A DNA stretch of 26,059 nucleotides from a virus (Duplodnaviria > Caudoviricetes), in IMG/VR virus record IMGVR_UViG_3300012953_000192, positions 1 through 26,059 of that record; one strand, written 5' to 3'. The notes below the pieces were generated by a model, which saw only the letters and a list, made by a program, of their open reading frames with translations, was not told the origin of the DNA and did no database searches. The position numbers and the translations under genes were made by a program. The stretch's first letter is position 1. Each line of letters opens with the position of its first letter. Positions 25,425-26,059 of the stretch are shown one piece after another.

Positions 25425-26059
25425 GTGGCACTAAAGAAGCCTTCAGATTTTTTTGGTAATAATAAAACTCCCCTGGACGAGGTAAAGGAGAGTTATGATT
25501 CTGCACGTCCAGAAAAGATAGAGCAAATATCTGAAGCCTTTGATGTCTTTAAGTCAAACTTAAATCATATCCAATCTCTATCTGATTTTACAAATACATT
25601 TGATAGTTTTAAAGATAACTTAGAAAAAGTTGAAATTGTTTCTCAAGAGATCTCTACAATAAAAGAAGATTTAAAAGAATTAATTAGAAAGGAAGATCTT
25701 GATAGTGCCATGATGGCACAACTTCTTTTCGTACAAGAATCTATATCCAAAATTGAATCTAAGATATCTTCTATTAATGGAGAAACTATAGATAAAATTA
25801 AAGAAGATTTTTCTAGTTTATCAAACTCAGTAGAATCTTTTCTTAATGTTGATGCTCCAAAGTATAAAAAATTAATTTCAGAATCTGAAGTTAGAATAGA
25901 TGGTAGATTTGATACTTTTAAAAATAATGTAGAAGAAAACTTAAATACTATTAAAATAGATGTAGGTAACGAAGTTACTACTGCTTTAGAATCTATTGAA
26001 AGTGCAAATGAAAATACTATCAATATAGTCAAAGCAGAATTTAAAGAAACTATTAGAGA
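25425..26059 (+). CDS. Hypothetical coiled-coil protein, 3'-truncated by the window edge (at least 211 aa); not in the ORF track
   Basis: GTG 25425 preceded by GAGGAG. Manual translation is stop-free to the window end: MALKKPSDFFGNNKTPLDEVKESYDSARPEKIEQISEAFDVFKSNLNHIQSLSDFTNTFDSFKDNLEKVEIVSQEISTIKEDLKELIRKEDLDSAMMAQLLFVQESISKIESK..., rich in E/K/I/L/S with heptad-like periodicity. Confidence 0.8.
   Translation, partial: MALKKPSDFFGNNKTPLDEVKESYDSARPEKIEQISEAFDVFKSNLNHIQSLSDFTNTFDSFKDNLEKVEIVSQEISTIKEDLKELIRKEDLDSAMMAQLLFVQESISKIESKISSINGETIDKIKEDFSSLSNSVESFLNVDAPKYKKLISESEVRIDGRFDTFKNNVEENLNTIKIDVGNEVTTALESIESANENTINIVKAEFKETIR

Noticed and set aside
2618-26032. Numerous 60-150 aa minus-strand ORFs (e.g. 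6041-6436, 15019-15453, 16985-17434, 23307-23753, 25643-26032)
   Set aside because: All lie antisense to long, well-supported + strand genes. Their Pro/Thr/Val-rich translations mirror Gly/Thr/Val codons on the sense strand, and they show no recognisable motifs.
1-26059. CRISPR array, tRNA, intron, intein, homing endonuclease, DGR or stop-codon recoding
   Set aside because: I saw no regularly spaced DNA repeats, no intergenic space large enough for RNA genes, no intein or endonuclease motifs and no reverse transcriptase. Genes are intact under the standard code and end in TAA, TGA and TAG. A by-eye scan could miss diverged elements.

Overview
AT-rich fragment of a T4-like myovirus genome, most similar in gene order and protein style to marine T4-like cyanophages. 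It covers the late structural module, with every credible gene on the + strand. Gene order: giant gp7-like baseplate wedge initiator (starts before the window, at least 3893 aa), gp8 baseplate wedge, a 2517-aa DUF4815/VrlC-like virion protein, three small ORFs, gp13, gp14, gp15, gp16 (small terminase), and a GTG-start coiled-coil ORF that is missing from the ORF track and runs off the right end. TAAATA late-promoter boxes precede gp8, gp13, gp15 and the last ORF. The most notable observation is a 60-aa ORF (21046-21228) whose length and residue spacing resemble NblA phycobilisome-degradation adaptors, embedded in the virion operon. Also notable: a split, degenerate YHYH-like domain inside gp7, a small set of beta modules reused across several virion proteins, and a pervasive G-[IVLF]-[GAST]-T/S micro-motif. 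All assignments come from motif recognition by eye; no searches were run.
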